Positions 13,919 through 27,007 of a stretch of 64,000 nucleotides of DNA are shown here, piece by piece (positions within the stretch are counted from its first letter, which is position 1; every line of letters begins with the position of its first letter). This DNA is from Octopus bimaculoides (Eukaryota): positions 50,591,420 through 50,655,419 of the forward strand of contig NC_068996.1 in the NCBI RefSeq assembly GCF_001194135.2, read 5' to 3'. The notes beneath the pieces were generated by a model that made no database searches, had not been told where the DNA came from, and was given only the letters and a program-made list of their open reading frames with translations. Position numbers and translations under genes: made by a program.

Positions 13919-14323
13919 CGGGCTTCTTTCAGTTTCCATGCTAGCATGGAAAGCAGACGTTAAACGATGATGATGATGATATATATATATATTGTTATAC
14001 TTGGGGATGGTGATTATATTTTACAAGTTAAACACATTGCACTATAATATTTGGTCTTCATTTCATCTTTATTACTATTTTAGTTTCTTTGTCAAAGTTC
14101 TTTCATCACACATCCTGTGATTCCTTCAGCGACTCTTTATCTCCTGTCTCCTTTTGTTCTACTTATTCCATTTTTCCCTTTCCAAAAAAAAAAAAAAAAA
14201 AGACCAAGGAGAACAAAAGGAGACATGGAGATAAAGTATCAGTGAAGAGGTTGCAGGATGTGTGACGAAAAAGCTTTGACAAAGAAACTAAAATGATAAT
14301 AATAATAAAGCTGAAGTGAAGAC

Positions 14324-14357
<34 letters not shown>

Positions 14358-14611
14358 GTGTGCTTAATTGGTAAAATATGACCATCCCCAAGTATAACAG
14401 TCTATATATCTTATCTGTTTTGGGTATATTGTAGAAAGCTACAATGTGAAAGTATTCATCTTGAGAAAGCTCCTTGTATAGACATGAAGTGCTAATCTGC
14501 AAACTGGTGTATTGGTAGCAGAAGAAAAGCATCCAGTAGCAGTGGTATAATTGCCAAATTATGATTTCTGTGTCTTTTCACATCATCAGAAGCAAATATC
14601 CTCTATCAACT

Positions 14612-15075
14612 TCATCATCATCATTTAACGTCGATGCTGGCATGGGTTGGACGGTTTGACTGGGATGGCATGGTGGAAGGCTGCACCAGACTCCAGTCTG
14701 ATTTGACATAGTTTTCTACAGCTGGATGCCCTTCCTAACACCAACCACTCTGAAAGTGTAATGGGTGCTTTTACATGCCACCGGCACAGGTGCCAATTTG
14801 TGTAACACTGGTATCTGCCACAACTGCGATTTTGCTTCGCTTGATGGGTCTTCTTCTCAAGCATGACATAACGCCAAAGGTCTTGGTCATTGCCTCCGTG
14901 AGGCCCAACACTCGAAAGGAATTCAGCCACTTTCTGTCCACGAGGCCCAACACTCCAAAGGAACCCAACCACTTTGCCTCCGTGCGGCTCGACACTCGAA
15001 AGGAACTTGGCCACTTTGCCTCTATGAGACGCAATGCTCAAAAGAAGCTCAGCCACCTTGGCTCCGTTAGTCCCA
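14612..15075 (-). mobile_element. RTE LINE 3' end carrying a 42-bp in-frame tandem array
   Basis: LGLTEAMT C-terminal motif and (GAT)n-type tail; about five 42-bp units at ~14880-15070. Confidence 0.7.
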
Positions 15076-15401
15076 ACCTCATGGTTAGACAAATTGACAC
15101 TACTGATATAAGCAGTAATTAACAAATCACAGTTGTCACACACACATAGCTAGCAGACTGGGTAAAAATTCTTAGCAATGGAAGTGGTAATAAGATGTAT
15201 GTATGTATATTTAGTCCTTTCTTGAAAATATCTTTGTATTAAATTTTTGATATTACCTAGTGTTTTGAAATATAATTTTCTCCTGATCTGTTTATTTTTG
15301 CCCTAAAATGCTTTGGTATGGAAATTTTTGCTTTTCATTTTAAAACTGATTATATTTTGTTATGCATGTTGTTTAATATAAAATGTTTCTTAAATTTACA
15401 G

Positions 15402-15500
15402 AGCAATCCTATAAAAGTACTGGTTACAGGAGCAGCCGGGCAGATTGCCTATTCTCTCCTCTTCAATGTAGCAAAGGGAAACATCTTTGGTGCTGACACG
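15402..15500 (+). CDS. MDH1: Cytosolic malate dehydrogenase, coding exon 2 ([33 protein letters not shown])
   Basis: tttacag acceptor and gtagga donor; 99 nt, phase 0/0; Rossmann motif [12 protein letters not shown] typical of MDH1. Confidence 0.97.
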
Positions 15501-17522
15501 GTAGGAAAATTATCATAGTTATTAATGTGTGTGTGTGTGTGTGTGTGTGTTATGATATTCTTCATCTCCACAATGTCAATGATTATATAAAATTGTTCAA
15601 TAATGTTGGTTGCAATTCTCTCCCTTGAAAATCTACAGCTAAATTACATGCTATGACACACACACACACACGTATTCTTTTATTTTTTTTTACTTGTTTC
15701 AGTCATTTGACTGTGGCCATACTGGAGCACCACCTTAAAAGGCTTTAAGTCAAACAAATCAACTCGAGGTCTTATATCTTAAGCCTAGTATTTATTTTAT
15801 CAGTCTCTTTTGCTGAACTGCTAAGTTATGGGGACATAAACACACCAGCACTGGTTGAAAAGCGGTGATATGGGGACAAATACAGACGCACACACACACA
15901 CATATGATAGGCTTCTTTCACTTTCCATCTGTCGTATCCACACACAAGTCTTTTGCTGGACCAAGACTATAGTAAAGTACACTTACCCAAGGTCCCATGC
16001 AGTGGGACTGAACCCAGAACCATGTGATTGGGATGCAAGCCTCTTGCCACACAATTACACTTGTACCTATGTATATCTTTTATATTTTACTTGTTTCAGT
16101 CATTGGACTGTTGCCATGTTGGGTACCATCTTGAAGGGCTTTAGTCAAACAACTCAACCCCAATACTGGTTTTTTTTTTTAAGCCTTCTACTTATTGTAA
16201 TGGTCTGTTTTGATGTAAACAAACCAACACCGGTTGTCAAGCAGAAGTTGGGGACGAACACAAAGACACACATTAATATGTTTCAGTTTCTGTTTATCAA
16301 ATCCACTCTCAAGGCTTTTTTCAGCCCAAGGCTTTGTTCACTCCAAGAGGATAGTGAGTGCTTTTTACGTGCCACCGGTACTGGAGCCTGTCAGGGGGCA
16401 CTGGCATTGACCATGCTTGAATGGTGCTTTTTACATGCCACCAGCATGGGAGCCAGTCAGGGGGCACTGGTATAATCACATCATAATCTCAAAGCTTTGA
16501 GATAATGCAGGATTAATTGAAAACAATGACTAAATTAAGCAGTTCAATTGACAGAGTAAGCTGAATGTTAAAAGGGTAAAATGGATAATGTAAAAATCAA
16601 TATGATGTTGCAAAATTCACACACTATTTCAATAAGGATAGTCTTGTTCTTTCAGCCTAAATACTTTGAATATCCAGATAAGGTTTGGCCTCATGCACCT
16701 GTATGCCTGAAACACAGTTAAAATTGGCTGCTTTTCAATTACTTTTTGTTAAAAGGTTTTTGTTAAATGTCATATGAATGTAGAATTTTTGCAATCTATA
16801 AATTGTTTATCATGCAGTTACTTTACTAAGACATTTAACATTTATTGCTGTAGAAGGACCGAGAAATCTCTATTATTGTCCAAGTCCATGTCAGTATAGA
16901 AGGCTGACATAAAATGGTGATGAGGATGCAGATGTCCCTTAAACAGTTTGTTCCTGACACTAAATATCCTTATCTCTAAAATCTACATTCAGCTCATACA
17001 AGTATACTCCCAAGCAATAATCCTCCAGCTTGCAGTTCTTTTGACTATGTTTTTATAGAGGCCTTACATTTAGAAGACATCTTGAATTTGTCTCATCTGA
17101 CAAGGCAGGGTTGTTTTACAAACCTATGAAATGTTAAGTTGCATGGAGTTGAATCAAATTGTTATTACATTATATATGTAACTCATACCTGTTATGGTGA
17201 GTGCTACTTTCATTTGTCCATTCGCTGTATGTGTGAGCCAATAAGAAGACTTCTATATGCTAGGAGTGGCAGAAATAGCCCAAAACCAGGACTGGTCTAC
17301 TGGTCCCGCTGCTAGGAGATGGTAGGGGTTCGCTTCCCTGCTTACAATTTTATTGGATGCAGGTGTGCATTGTTAACCAGCTAGAGATGTCCTCTTGGGG
17401 TTAAAAAATTGCAGTGAGTCCGCTCAAATTGACAGCCATGTTGAAGTGGCCACGAATATTACTTATTTTAAAAAAATTTTCTAATTTAAAAAAAAATTTT
17501 TATTTAAAAAATTTTTTTTTAG

Positions 17523-17619
17523 CCTATATCATTGGTACTTTTGGATATTGAACCAATGATGCAAGTTCTGGATGGAGTTGTCATGGAACTAAAAGACTGT
17601 GCTCTCCCACTGCTGAAGG
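17523..17619 (+). CDS. MDH1: MDH1 coding exon 3 ([32 protein letters not shown])
   Basis: ttttttag acceptor and gtaagt donor; 97 nt, phase 0/1; matches the MDH1 LLDI..MM.VLDGV.MEL.DCALPLL motif. Confidence 0.97.
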
Positions 17620-17811
17620 GTAAGTTTCTTTGATATATAATTTCATCTCATCTCTTGTAGTTTTTATAATCTGTTTTAATACTGACAAAAATGAAAACAA
17701 AAGTATCCATTTATATAGAATCTCATATAAAGCATAAGAAAACAGCATCTATTGACATTAAAGATCTGAGTTAAGACTTTGTCTGTTTTGTACCTTTAAG
17801 TTCTGTTTTGT

Positions 17812-18041
17812 TTAACTCTCTTGGTATTTAAACCAGCCATATCCAGCTCAAATACTCTACCTGTTTTATGTTCATACTGACCAGATCTGACATCTCACAC
17901 CTACCCTACAATGTCATTCTACAATTATACAGTCACATCATTAAAATCTCAAAGCTACAAGATAATGCATGGTTCATTCAGAACAATGTGAATAATTAAA
18001 GCATTACATTTGACAAAGAAATCTGAATGCTAAAGAGTTAA
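17812..18041. mobile_element. piggyBac-like MITE family A copy
   Basis: TTAA flanks at 17812-17815 and 18038-18041. Confidence 0.65.
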
Positions 18042-18914
18042 AATAGATGAAAATAGATTTTGTAGTTGTTTTACCTTTAGTGATCAAGTTGGGTGGTTAG
18101 TAAAATGAAGGGCAGCCATCCAGTTAGAAATTGAACTCTTCTATTATAAGATTTTATTTTTTTACTTAACCCATTACCTCCCATAATTCTATTAACTGGA
18201 ATTTTTTAATGAAACTTTGATTTCTAGCATAAAACAGCCTTAGAAACACGCTGAAATGATCAAAATAACATTTTAAATAGAACTAAGTGAGATATTGGGT
18301 GAAAAATTAGCAAACCTCATTTGAATATCAGAGAAATATACCTAGTAGATATAGCAAAAAGGTGAGATACGTGTAAATATTGACAGATAATTACAAAATT
18401 TGTAATTTTTAAGTGATCTCATATGAGATCACTGGTAGGTAATATGTTAATATTACAATTGGTAAATAGTAGCATTGTTAGTCACATATTTCCAATGTGC
18501 CAACCACTGGTTGACCTATTTCTGATGATGAGGGTGGTAAGGGTCATGAGGGAAGGGCCTGTGATTTGGTGCTAAAGGGATTTTGTTTGAAAGCCCCCAC
18601 TCCCTTTTTTTAAATCCTTGGTTTTCTTGCAATCTACATGTTGGTATATTGGTAAGCGATGAGTGTGTATGTAGGAGGGGAGGCTTTCACTCGTTTTCTG
18701 TTTGCCGAATTCTACTTACAAAGCCGTTGTCAAAATGAAGGTAGGATAGTTGCTCATGTCTTTTAACCTCAGGTTGATCTTGGAACCACATGGTCATGAA
18801 GCTGATTTTCTTAACAACACAGCCTTGGTTGCAAATATCCTGCATAATTTTAAGGGATACGAAAGAGAAAAAAATAAATAAATAAAATTTTGAAAAATAA
18901 AAGTTTTTTTTTTT

Positions 18915-19330
18915 TTTTGCCAGAGCACCAGCTGTCTGGCTTTCGTGCCGGTGGCACGTAAATAGCACCATTCAAGCGTGACCGTTACCTACGTCGCCTT
19001 CCTGGCACTTGTGCCAGTGGCACATGAAAAGACATTTGAGCGAGATCGTTGCCAGTGCCGCTGGACTGACTCCTGTGCAGGTGGTACGTAAAAAACACCA
19101 TTTGAGCATGGCCATTGCCAGTACCATGTGACTGGCCTTCGTGCCGGTGGCACGTAAAAGCACTCACTACACTCTCTGAGTGGTTGGCTTTAAGAAGGGC
19201 ATCCAGCTGTAGAAACTCTGCCAAATCAGATTGGAGCCTGGTGTTGCCATCCGGTTTCACCAGTCCTCAGTCAAATCGTTCAACCCATGCTAGCATGGAA
19301 AGCGGACGTTAAACGATGATGATGATGTTG
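18915..19330 (+). mobile_element. RTE-type 3' UTR / SINE tail repeat with internal ~58-bp tandem units and (GAT)n tail
   Basis: ...ggaagggcatccagctgtagaaac...ggaaagcggacgttaaacgatgatgat; many copies in the window in both orientations (e.g. 9860, 22352, 28530, 32160, 42890, 47296, 50272, 54080). Confidence 0.8.
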
Positions 19331-19515
19331 ATGGGAGAAAATGTCTTCAGACTGTTTTATTAAAGACAGAGTAACATTTTTTAAGTGGGAGAACTATTTT
19401 GTATTACAACCAGCTCAGTAAGGTTCTTCAACAGCAAAATTATTCGTGTTGTGCTCCTCATTTTTTGAACCTGTTGCTGTTATTGTTGTTTTTTTCTTTC
19501 TTTTTCTTCAGTTTA

Positions 19516-19739
19516 TTAACCCTTTAGCGTTTAAACCAGCTATACCTGCCCAAATATTGTACCTGTTTTATGTTCAAACTGGCCAGATCCAGCCTCTCAC
19601 ACTTACCCCACAATGACTATTCCAAAAATAGTCACATATTCAAAATCTTGAAGCTACAAGATACTCCATGATTAATTTTAAAAAATGTGAATGAATAAGC
19701 ATTAGGTTTGATGAATTAATCTGAATGCTGAAGGGTTAA
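19516..19739. mobile_element. piggyBac-like MITE family A, complete
   Basis: TTAA-CCCTTTAGC...GCTGAAGGG-TTAA. Confidence 0.8.
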
Positions 19740-19885
19740 TGAGTTTCTCATTTGCCTTATTGTATTGCCACTTCAAGGTTGACTCAACAACAGTTCAATG
19801 AGATATATGTACATTGTGTACTAATAAGCCATACCCAGTAAGGGTATGTGTACTCTGTGAATCTGGGACATTCTGAATTGACTCT

Positions 19886-20114
19886 TTAACTGTTTAGCAT
19901 TCAGGTCACTCTGTCAAATGTAAACCTTATTTATTGATATTGTTTTGGAATTAATCATGCATTATCTCGTAGCTTCGAGATTTCAATAATGTGATTGTAT
20001 ATTTTTAGAATGACATTGTAGGGGAGGTGTGAGAGGCTGGATCTGGTCAGGTTCAACATGAAATAGGTAGAATATTTAGGCCAGATATGATTAGTTTAAA
20101 TGCTAAAGGGTTAA
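19886..20114. mobile_element. piggyBac-like MITE family A, opposite orientation to the 19516 copy
   Basis: TTAA...gctaaagggTTAA; internal sequence is the reverse complement of 19516-19739; a further copy lies at ~20270-20479. Confidence 0.8.
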
Positions 20115-21812
20115 AATGGTAAGGAATTATTTGAAGATCTGGCTGCTATGTCTAGCAAGTTGAGCAACCACTTAGAGGTTCTGGCATTGGCTTGTAACAT
20201 TAATATGTTGCTGTTGTTTAACCCCAGGTCAACCCTGTTTGAGCAGTTCTCATGATCATCCAGTCTATTAAATCTTACTCTGTCAAATGTAATTCTTCTT
20301 TATTCATTGTTTTGGAATTAATCATGCCTTATCTCATAGCTTCAAGATTTCAATGATATGATTGTATATTTTTAGAATGACATTGTAAGGTAGGTGTGAG
20401 AGGCTGGATCTGGTCAGGTTCAACATAAAACATGTAGAATATTTGAGCCAGATGTGGTTGGTTTCAATGTTAATGGTTAATCCTGGTTCAGAATTTCAAA
20501 TGTTTTCATTTATTATTGAGATGGTTTGTGTTTCCATTTGTAGCATCCTTCATACCTCCAGCTGTAGCTTTTTGCATTTTTAGTTTTGTGTTAATTTTTT
20601 ATTTGTCTATTGAATTTTTTTTTGTGCAAGGTTCCTATTGGGTGTTATTAGGGGTTAATCACTGAGTTTAATGTAATTAACTAACTATTCCCATCCCCAT
20701 CTGAAATTACTGGCCATGTCTCAAAAAGCCATTACTATTATGATTATGGAACATTGAATTGACTGTTTTAATGATTATAGAGTGTTGGTGCCATGTAAAA
20801 GGCATCCAGTACACTCTGTAAAGTGGTTGGCATTAGGAAGGGTGTCGAGCTGTAGAAACTGTTGTAGTGAAATGGTATACTCCTTCCCATGTGACAAAGT
20901 GGTATGAACCAACCACTATAAAGTCAGATTGCCAGTCATTGTAGGAGGTCAGTAGTAGTAGAGTCATTGCATGAGTTCTCAGTTGGAGTCAGTTACATGT
21001 TATATACAAGTTCGAGTTACCATTAAGGTAGATGTTTCAAAGTTGTCTTGTGGAACTATCAACAATAGCACAATAGACAAATCAAAGATAAGAAGATACA
21101 GAATACTGCCACAACATAATAGAGGTGACAAGAATATTATAGTGCCAACAACATACAAGTGGATGAGAATTCACATTATAACAGAAGCCAAATCAGAACA
21201 GACTATGGAACCTGGTACAAACCCTGGTCTTGCCAGCTCCTGTCAGACCATCCAACCCATGCCAGCATGGAAAACGGACATTAAATGACGATGATGTCTC
21301 AGTATTTGAAACTTTGTCAGTTAAGTTAGTCTTTTATTCCTTGAGGGCTGATAGAAACAAATACCAGTCAAGTGTTTTAGTCAGTTCATTTGACAATGCA
21401 TTACCCTGACAAATTTGTAGAATAATGCTCATTTTAACCATTGCTCTTTCTATTACTGTATATTATTATTATTATTATTATTGTTCAGTAGTTTTATTTT
21501 TATAACGTGCTTTCACTTCACTACCGAGCACAGCTCTGTGTGCCTTGGGTATGTGCTGTGGTTTGCTGTGGTGCTCTTATGTTTACTGTATTGAAAGTGT
21601 TTTGCATAGGATGTGTGCAGTACCCAGTAGTGCAATTTTCTGTATGTTATATATACTTGTAAGTCCTGGTGTTTTTGTTATGTATTTGTCTGAATATTTT
21701 TTTTATCATACCTAAGGCACCTACTATGATAGGAATTGTTTCTGTTTTTAGACTCCACATTCGAGTTACCTCTTATTATTATTATTATTATTATTTGTCT
21801 TTCTCTTCTCAG

Positions 21813-21988
21813 AAATAACCTCAACTGCTTCTCTTGATGTTGGTTTTAAGGATATTGATGTGGCTCTTCTTGTTGGAGCCATGCCACGTAGAGAAGGAAT
21901 GGAAAGGAAAGATCTTTTGGCTTCCAATGTGAAAATTTTCAAGAGTCAAGGGCAGGCTCTAGATAAATATGCCAAAAAGTCTGTCAAG
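21813..21988 (+). CDS. MDH1: MDH1 coding exon 4 ([59 protein letters not shown])
   Basis: ttctcttctcag acceptor and gtaaga donor; 176 nt; substrate loop [13 protein letters not shown]. Confidence 0.97.
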
Positions 21989-22351
21989 GTAAGACCAGAT
22001 TTTCGGTTCTATATATTTTACTCCTTTTCAAGTCTGGAATTATAATCTCTGAATTAAAATAACATACAGATTTAATTCGACATGTTGGGCATCATCATCT
22101 TGTAATGCAATCCTATTGTAATGTTCTTGTTTAACTCCATGGCAGCATATGATGAAAAATGTTCTTACCATGACCATCTCATCTATTATTCAAATGTAGT
22201 GTATCTATGACTTTAATTAACCAATTTACCTTGATAAATCCAATCTAGACAAAAAAAAAAGGTTTTGGTTGAAATATAAAATTCTCAGCAATTATTAAGA
22301 AGTTTGATTTTTTTTTTTTTCCCATTATAATCTGCAATATTTGGTCAGTTC

Positions 22352-22752
22352 ATCATCGTTTAACGTCTGCTTTCCATGCTAGCATGGGTTGGACGATTTG
22401 ATTGAGGACTAGTGAGACCAGATGGCTACACCAGGCTCCAATCTGATTTGGCAGAGTTTCTACAGCTGGATGCCCTTCCTGACGCCAACCACTCAGAGGA
22501 GTGTAGTGGGTGCTTTTACGTGTCACCCGCACGAAGGCCAGTCAGGCGGTACTGGCAACGGCCACACTCAAAATGGTGCATTTTATGTGCCACCCGCACA
22601 AGAGCCAGTCCAGGGGCACTGGCAACGATCTCGCTCGAAAATCCCACGAAGGCCAGCCAGGCGGCACTGGCAACGGTCACGCTCAAAATGGTGCATTTCA
22701 TGTGTCACCCGCACAAGAGTCAGTCCAGGGGCACTGGCAACGATCTCGCTCG
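22352..22752 (-). mobile_element. RTE-type 3' UTR / SINE tail repeat with ~58-bp tandem units
   Basis: catcatcgtttaacgtctgctttccatgctagcatgggttggacg... followed by gccagtc...ggcactggcaacg units. Confidence 0.8.
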
Positions 22753-23019
22753 AAAAATTTCGAGTACTATTTTAAATCTAATTTTTCTTTTCCATGCTGG
22801 TAATAATTCAGTGATTTTTAGCAAATTTGGATACATTCATATTGTTTTAGTAGTTATTTTTACTATCTTTCCTTATTGCTAGCTGTAAAATAATTGAGAA
22901 ACCTGTTGCCTGACAACATAAAAGGAAATAGTTATGTGCTTTAGGCACCCTATAATGTATTTTGCACTAGTAATAAGATTGAGGTTACCTCTCATTGGTA
23001 ATTCCTAGTACACTCTTGA

Positions 23020-23968
23020 TTTCGACTTTAATTTCACTTGCCTCAACAAGTCTTCGCAAGTAGAGTTTAGTGTCCAATGAAGGAAAGGTACGCATAAGTG
23101 GGCTGGTTAAACCACTGGCACAGGCCATCGTTATGGTCTCACTTGGCTTGTCGTGTCTTCTCTAGCACAGCATATTTCCAGAGGTTTCAGTCACTAGTCA
23201 TTGCCTCGGTGAGGCCTAATGTTCGAAGTTCATGCTTCACCACCTCATCCCAGGTCTTCCTGGGTATACCTCTTCCACAGGTTCCCTCAACCGCTAGGGT
23301 GTAAAACTTCTTCGTACAGCTATCCTCATCCATTCTCAGCACATGACCATATCAGCACAGTCATCTCTCTTGCATACCACATATGATGCTCCTTAGGTCC
23401 AACTTTTCTCTCAAGGCACTTACACTCTGTCGTGTATGCACACTGACATTGCACATCTAGCAAAGCATACTGGCTTCATTTCTTGCAAGCTTATGCATGT
23501 CCTCAGCAGTCACGGCCCATGTTTCACTGCCATGTAGCATGGCTGTTTGTACACATGCGTCATACAGTCTGTCTTTTACTCTGAGAGAGAGGCCCTTTGT
23601 CACCAGCAGAGGTAGGAGCTCTCTGAACTTTGCCCAGGCTATTCTTATTTTAGCAGCTACACTTTCAGAGCATCTACCCACCACTACTGACTTGGTCACC
23701 TAGGTAATGGAAGCTATCAATTACTTCTAGTTTTTTCCCCCTGGAATGTGGCAGAAGTTGTTTCCTGCACATTTTCAGTGTTTATAGTTACCTGAGCATT
23801 TGCCACATACAAAAACTATCTTGCTAGTTAACCTTCCTTTGATATTGCTGCACCTCTTATGTGTCCATAGCTTACACTGGGTACATCTTATAGAGTTTCT
23901 ACCTACACCTTTTCTACAGATCGAGCAGGGCCATCTACCTGAAGGGATTTGTGGTTTGTCTACCTTCC
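23020..23968 (-). mobile_element. RTE-clade LINE 3' fragment
   Basis: KIRIAWAKFRELLPLLVTKGLSLRVKDRLYDACVQTAMLHGSETWAV; shared with the copies at 32705, 41490, 43290 and 51295. Confidence 0.85.
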
Positions 23969-23971
23969 TAC

Positions 23972-24007
<36 letters not shown>

Positions 24008-25361
24008 CAAATTCCGCCGAGGTCGGCTTTACCTCTCATGCTTTAGGGGTCGATAAAATAAGTACCAGTCGAACACTTGGGTCTGTGTAATCGACTTATT
24101 CCCTTCCCCAAAATTGCTGCCCTTGTGGCAAAATATAAAATTATTATTATTAAAGTGGCAAGCTGTCAGAATCATTAGCATGCCAGACAAAATGTTTTGC
24201 AACATTTTACTTGTCTTTACATTCATCATTATCATCATCATCCCATGTCTGTTTGCTATGCTGGCATGGATTGGATGGTTTGACCAGAACTGGCAGACTG
24301 GAGAGCTGCACCAGGAAGTAGGAGGCTAAATTAGATGCTAGAATTGTAGTTGTACAGTAAAGTGCCTTAGAAGAGGAGGAGTTGGGCTTTGTGCTTCTCC
24401 TCACCTATGGTCATGAATGTTGGGTAATGATCAAAAGAGTACAATTACAAGTACATGTGACCAAAATGGGGTTCCACCGAAGCATGTCTGAAGTGATGTT
24501 GCTGGACAGGATCAAGCTGCATTGAGAGGTCACAGCTCTGGTATTAGAGGCATGCAATCAGAACATCATAGGGAAGAATCACCAGAGGGAGTCTTCAAGC
24601 TGAGCCAACCAGCAGGAAAGCTAGTGATAGACCAAGAATGAACTGGTTGGACAATATCTATAGTCTCAGTAGGTCATGCTTGACACTTGTTTCTGATAAG
24701 ACCCTATGGAGGAGGTATCTGAGAACATAACTCCCAGGACCCTTCCAGGAATAGTGGGTGAAGAAAATGGATGAATGAAACAAAAATATCTTGTGATATT
24801 TAGTCCAAATTATGTCATTTTATACCAATGTGCCCACAGCCATTCATCTGTTAGGATTTCAATAAAATAAATACCAGACAAAAGTACTGAGTGGAGATGA
24901 GACAATATAATAAATAATGAATCATGGCTGTGTGGTAAGAAACTTGCTTCCCAACCATATGGCTCTGGGTTCAGTTTTGAGTGAATTTGGTAGACAGAAA
25001 CTGAAAGAACCCTGTCGTGTGTGTGTGTGTGTATGTGTCTGTGCTTATCCCCACCATCACTGCTTGATAACTGGTGTTGGTATGTTTACATCCCCATAAC
25101 TTAGTGGTTTGGCAAAAAAGACTAATAGAATAAATACTAGGCTTAAAAAAAATAAGTCCTGAGATTGATTTCTTCAACTAAAAAAACCCTTTAAGATGGT
25201 GTTCCAGCATGGCCACAGTCAAATGACTGAAACAAGTAAAAAAAAAATAAAAGAATAATGGCGGTACTCCAGTTTGGTCGTAGTTGGAAGATTGACAACA
25301 TTTTATGTACATGTCAGTTGATACCTTTTATAGATGTGTAATGTGTTTGTTTATATTTCAG

Positions 25362-25484
25362 GTGGTCGTGGTTGGGAACCCTGCCAATACAAATGCTCTC
25401 ATATGCATGAAATATGCTCCCTCTATTCCACCACAAAATTTCTCAGCATTGACTCGACTTGACCAAAATCGGGCCCAATATCAA
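25362..25484 (+). CDS. MDH1: MDH1 coding exon 5 ([41 protein letters not shown])
   Basis: atatttcag acceptor and gtatgt donor; 123 nt; VGNPANTN and TRLD.NR catalytic motifs. Confidence 0.97.
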
Positions 25485-25865
25485 GTATGTATTTTTTTTG
25501 TTTGTTCTTTTNNNNNNNNNNNNNNNNNNNNNNNNNNNNNNNNNNNNNNNNNNNNNNNNNNNNNNNNNNNNNNNNNNNNNNNNNNNNNNNNNNNNNNNNN
25601 NNNNNNNNNNNNNNNNNNNNNNNNNNNNNNNNNNNNNNNNNNNNNNNNNNNNNNNNNNNNNNNNNNNNNNNNNNNNNNNNNNNNNNNNNNNNNNNNNNNN
25701 NNNNNNNNNNNNNNNNNNNNNNNNNNNNNNNNNNNNNNNNNNNNNNNNNNNNNNNNNNNNNNNNNNNNNNNNNNNNNNNNNNNNNNNNNNNNNNNNNNNN
25801 NNNNNNNNNNNNNNNNNNNNNNNNNNNNNNNNNNNNNNNNNNNNNNNNNNNNNNNNNNNNNNNNN

Positions 25866-25899
<34 letters not shown>

Positions 25900-26390
25900 T
25901 CATTCAATAATAGGATAAAATCTTTTATAAGAATTTATCAAGTTGCTAGTGTGAAAAAACCTCATAAGGGAAAAATCATTTATTCCCCAGAATATATTTA
26001 TTTATATAAGGGCATTACTATACATGAATGCCTCATGCTAAGAGGGACTCTAAGGTCAAACTATCATCATAAACACTTTTTTACCAAACGCGAGGAAATG
26101 TAACTCTCCAAGCTAGCCTCTTAAAAACAGACTAAACTATAGATCGACGATTTCACAGTTATTACAGCAATATGTAAGTTCTGCTCTTCAGTACAGTATG
26201 GTCAAGATACATAAAAATAAACAAAAAAATTCAACATTTTAAACGAACACCTCATGTATGAGCGAATGAAGAAAAAGAATACCAAACCCTTTCTTATTAT
26301 CTGAGAGTAAAGAATTTATTCATTTCTAATTAGATTTTTAATGTTTCATAATGAACTTACTTATGAACCATTGGGTTTATTGGTTATATT

Positions 26391-26745
26391 TTAACCTTTT
26401 TGCATTTAGACTAGCCATATCAGGTCCAAGTATGCTACCTGTTTTATATTCAAACCAGCTAGATCCAGCTTCTCACACCTACCCTACAATGTTATTCATA
26501 AAATAAACAACCTTGTCACTGAAATCTCAAAGCTACAAGACAATGCATGAGTAATTGCAAAGCAACATGAATGAATAAGGATGACGTTGACAGAATAATC
26601 TGTGAATGCTAAAAGGTTAAACTGGCCTGGCCTAAATATTTTACTTGTTTTATGTTCAAACTTTCCAGATCCAACCTCTCATACTTACCCTACAATGTCT
26701 TTCTACAAATAAACAATGTGATTGTTGAAGGGTTCAATTTACTTT
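26391..26745. mobile_element. piggyBac-like MITE family A copy plus adjacent partial copy
   Basis: TTAA at 26391-26394 and 26617-26620; second partial unit to ~26745. Confidence 0.6.
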
Positions 26746-26830
26746 CAGAGAAACTTATGCACCATTGTATTTATTAATGTAATTTAAAGTATTAATAAAA
26801 TTCTTTTTCTTTTTTTCCTTCTGTTACCAG

Positions 26831-27007
26831 ATTGCTACTAAGTGTGGTGTCTCTGCCCAAGATGTCCACAATGTGATTATCTGGGGGAACCATTCCTCCA
26901 CCCAATACCCAGACGTTTCCCACGCAACTGTAAAATTATCATCTGAGACGAAGTCGGTTAAAGAGGCTGTTAAGGATGATAAATATTTGAAGAATGATTT
27001 CTTAAAG
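26831..27007 (+). CDS. MDH1: MDH1 coding exon 6 ([59 protein letters not shown])
   Basis: ctgttaccag acceptor and gtatca donor; 177 nt; catalytic His in [12 protein letters not shown]. Confidence 0.97.

Noticed and set aside
22540-22750. Regularly spaced ~58-bp repeats resembling a CRISPR array (also at 43070-43270)
   Set aside because: These are tandem units inside the RTE 3' UTR, with no unique spacers and no cas genes, in a eukaryotic context.
25305-26103. Long ORFs rich in X (also at 29443-30190, 37002-37624, 46602-47408 and 59406-59621)
   Set aside because: Artefacts of N gaps read through as X. Only the MDH1 exon 5 part of 25305-25910 is real coding sequence.
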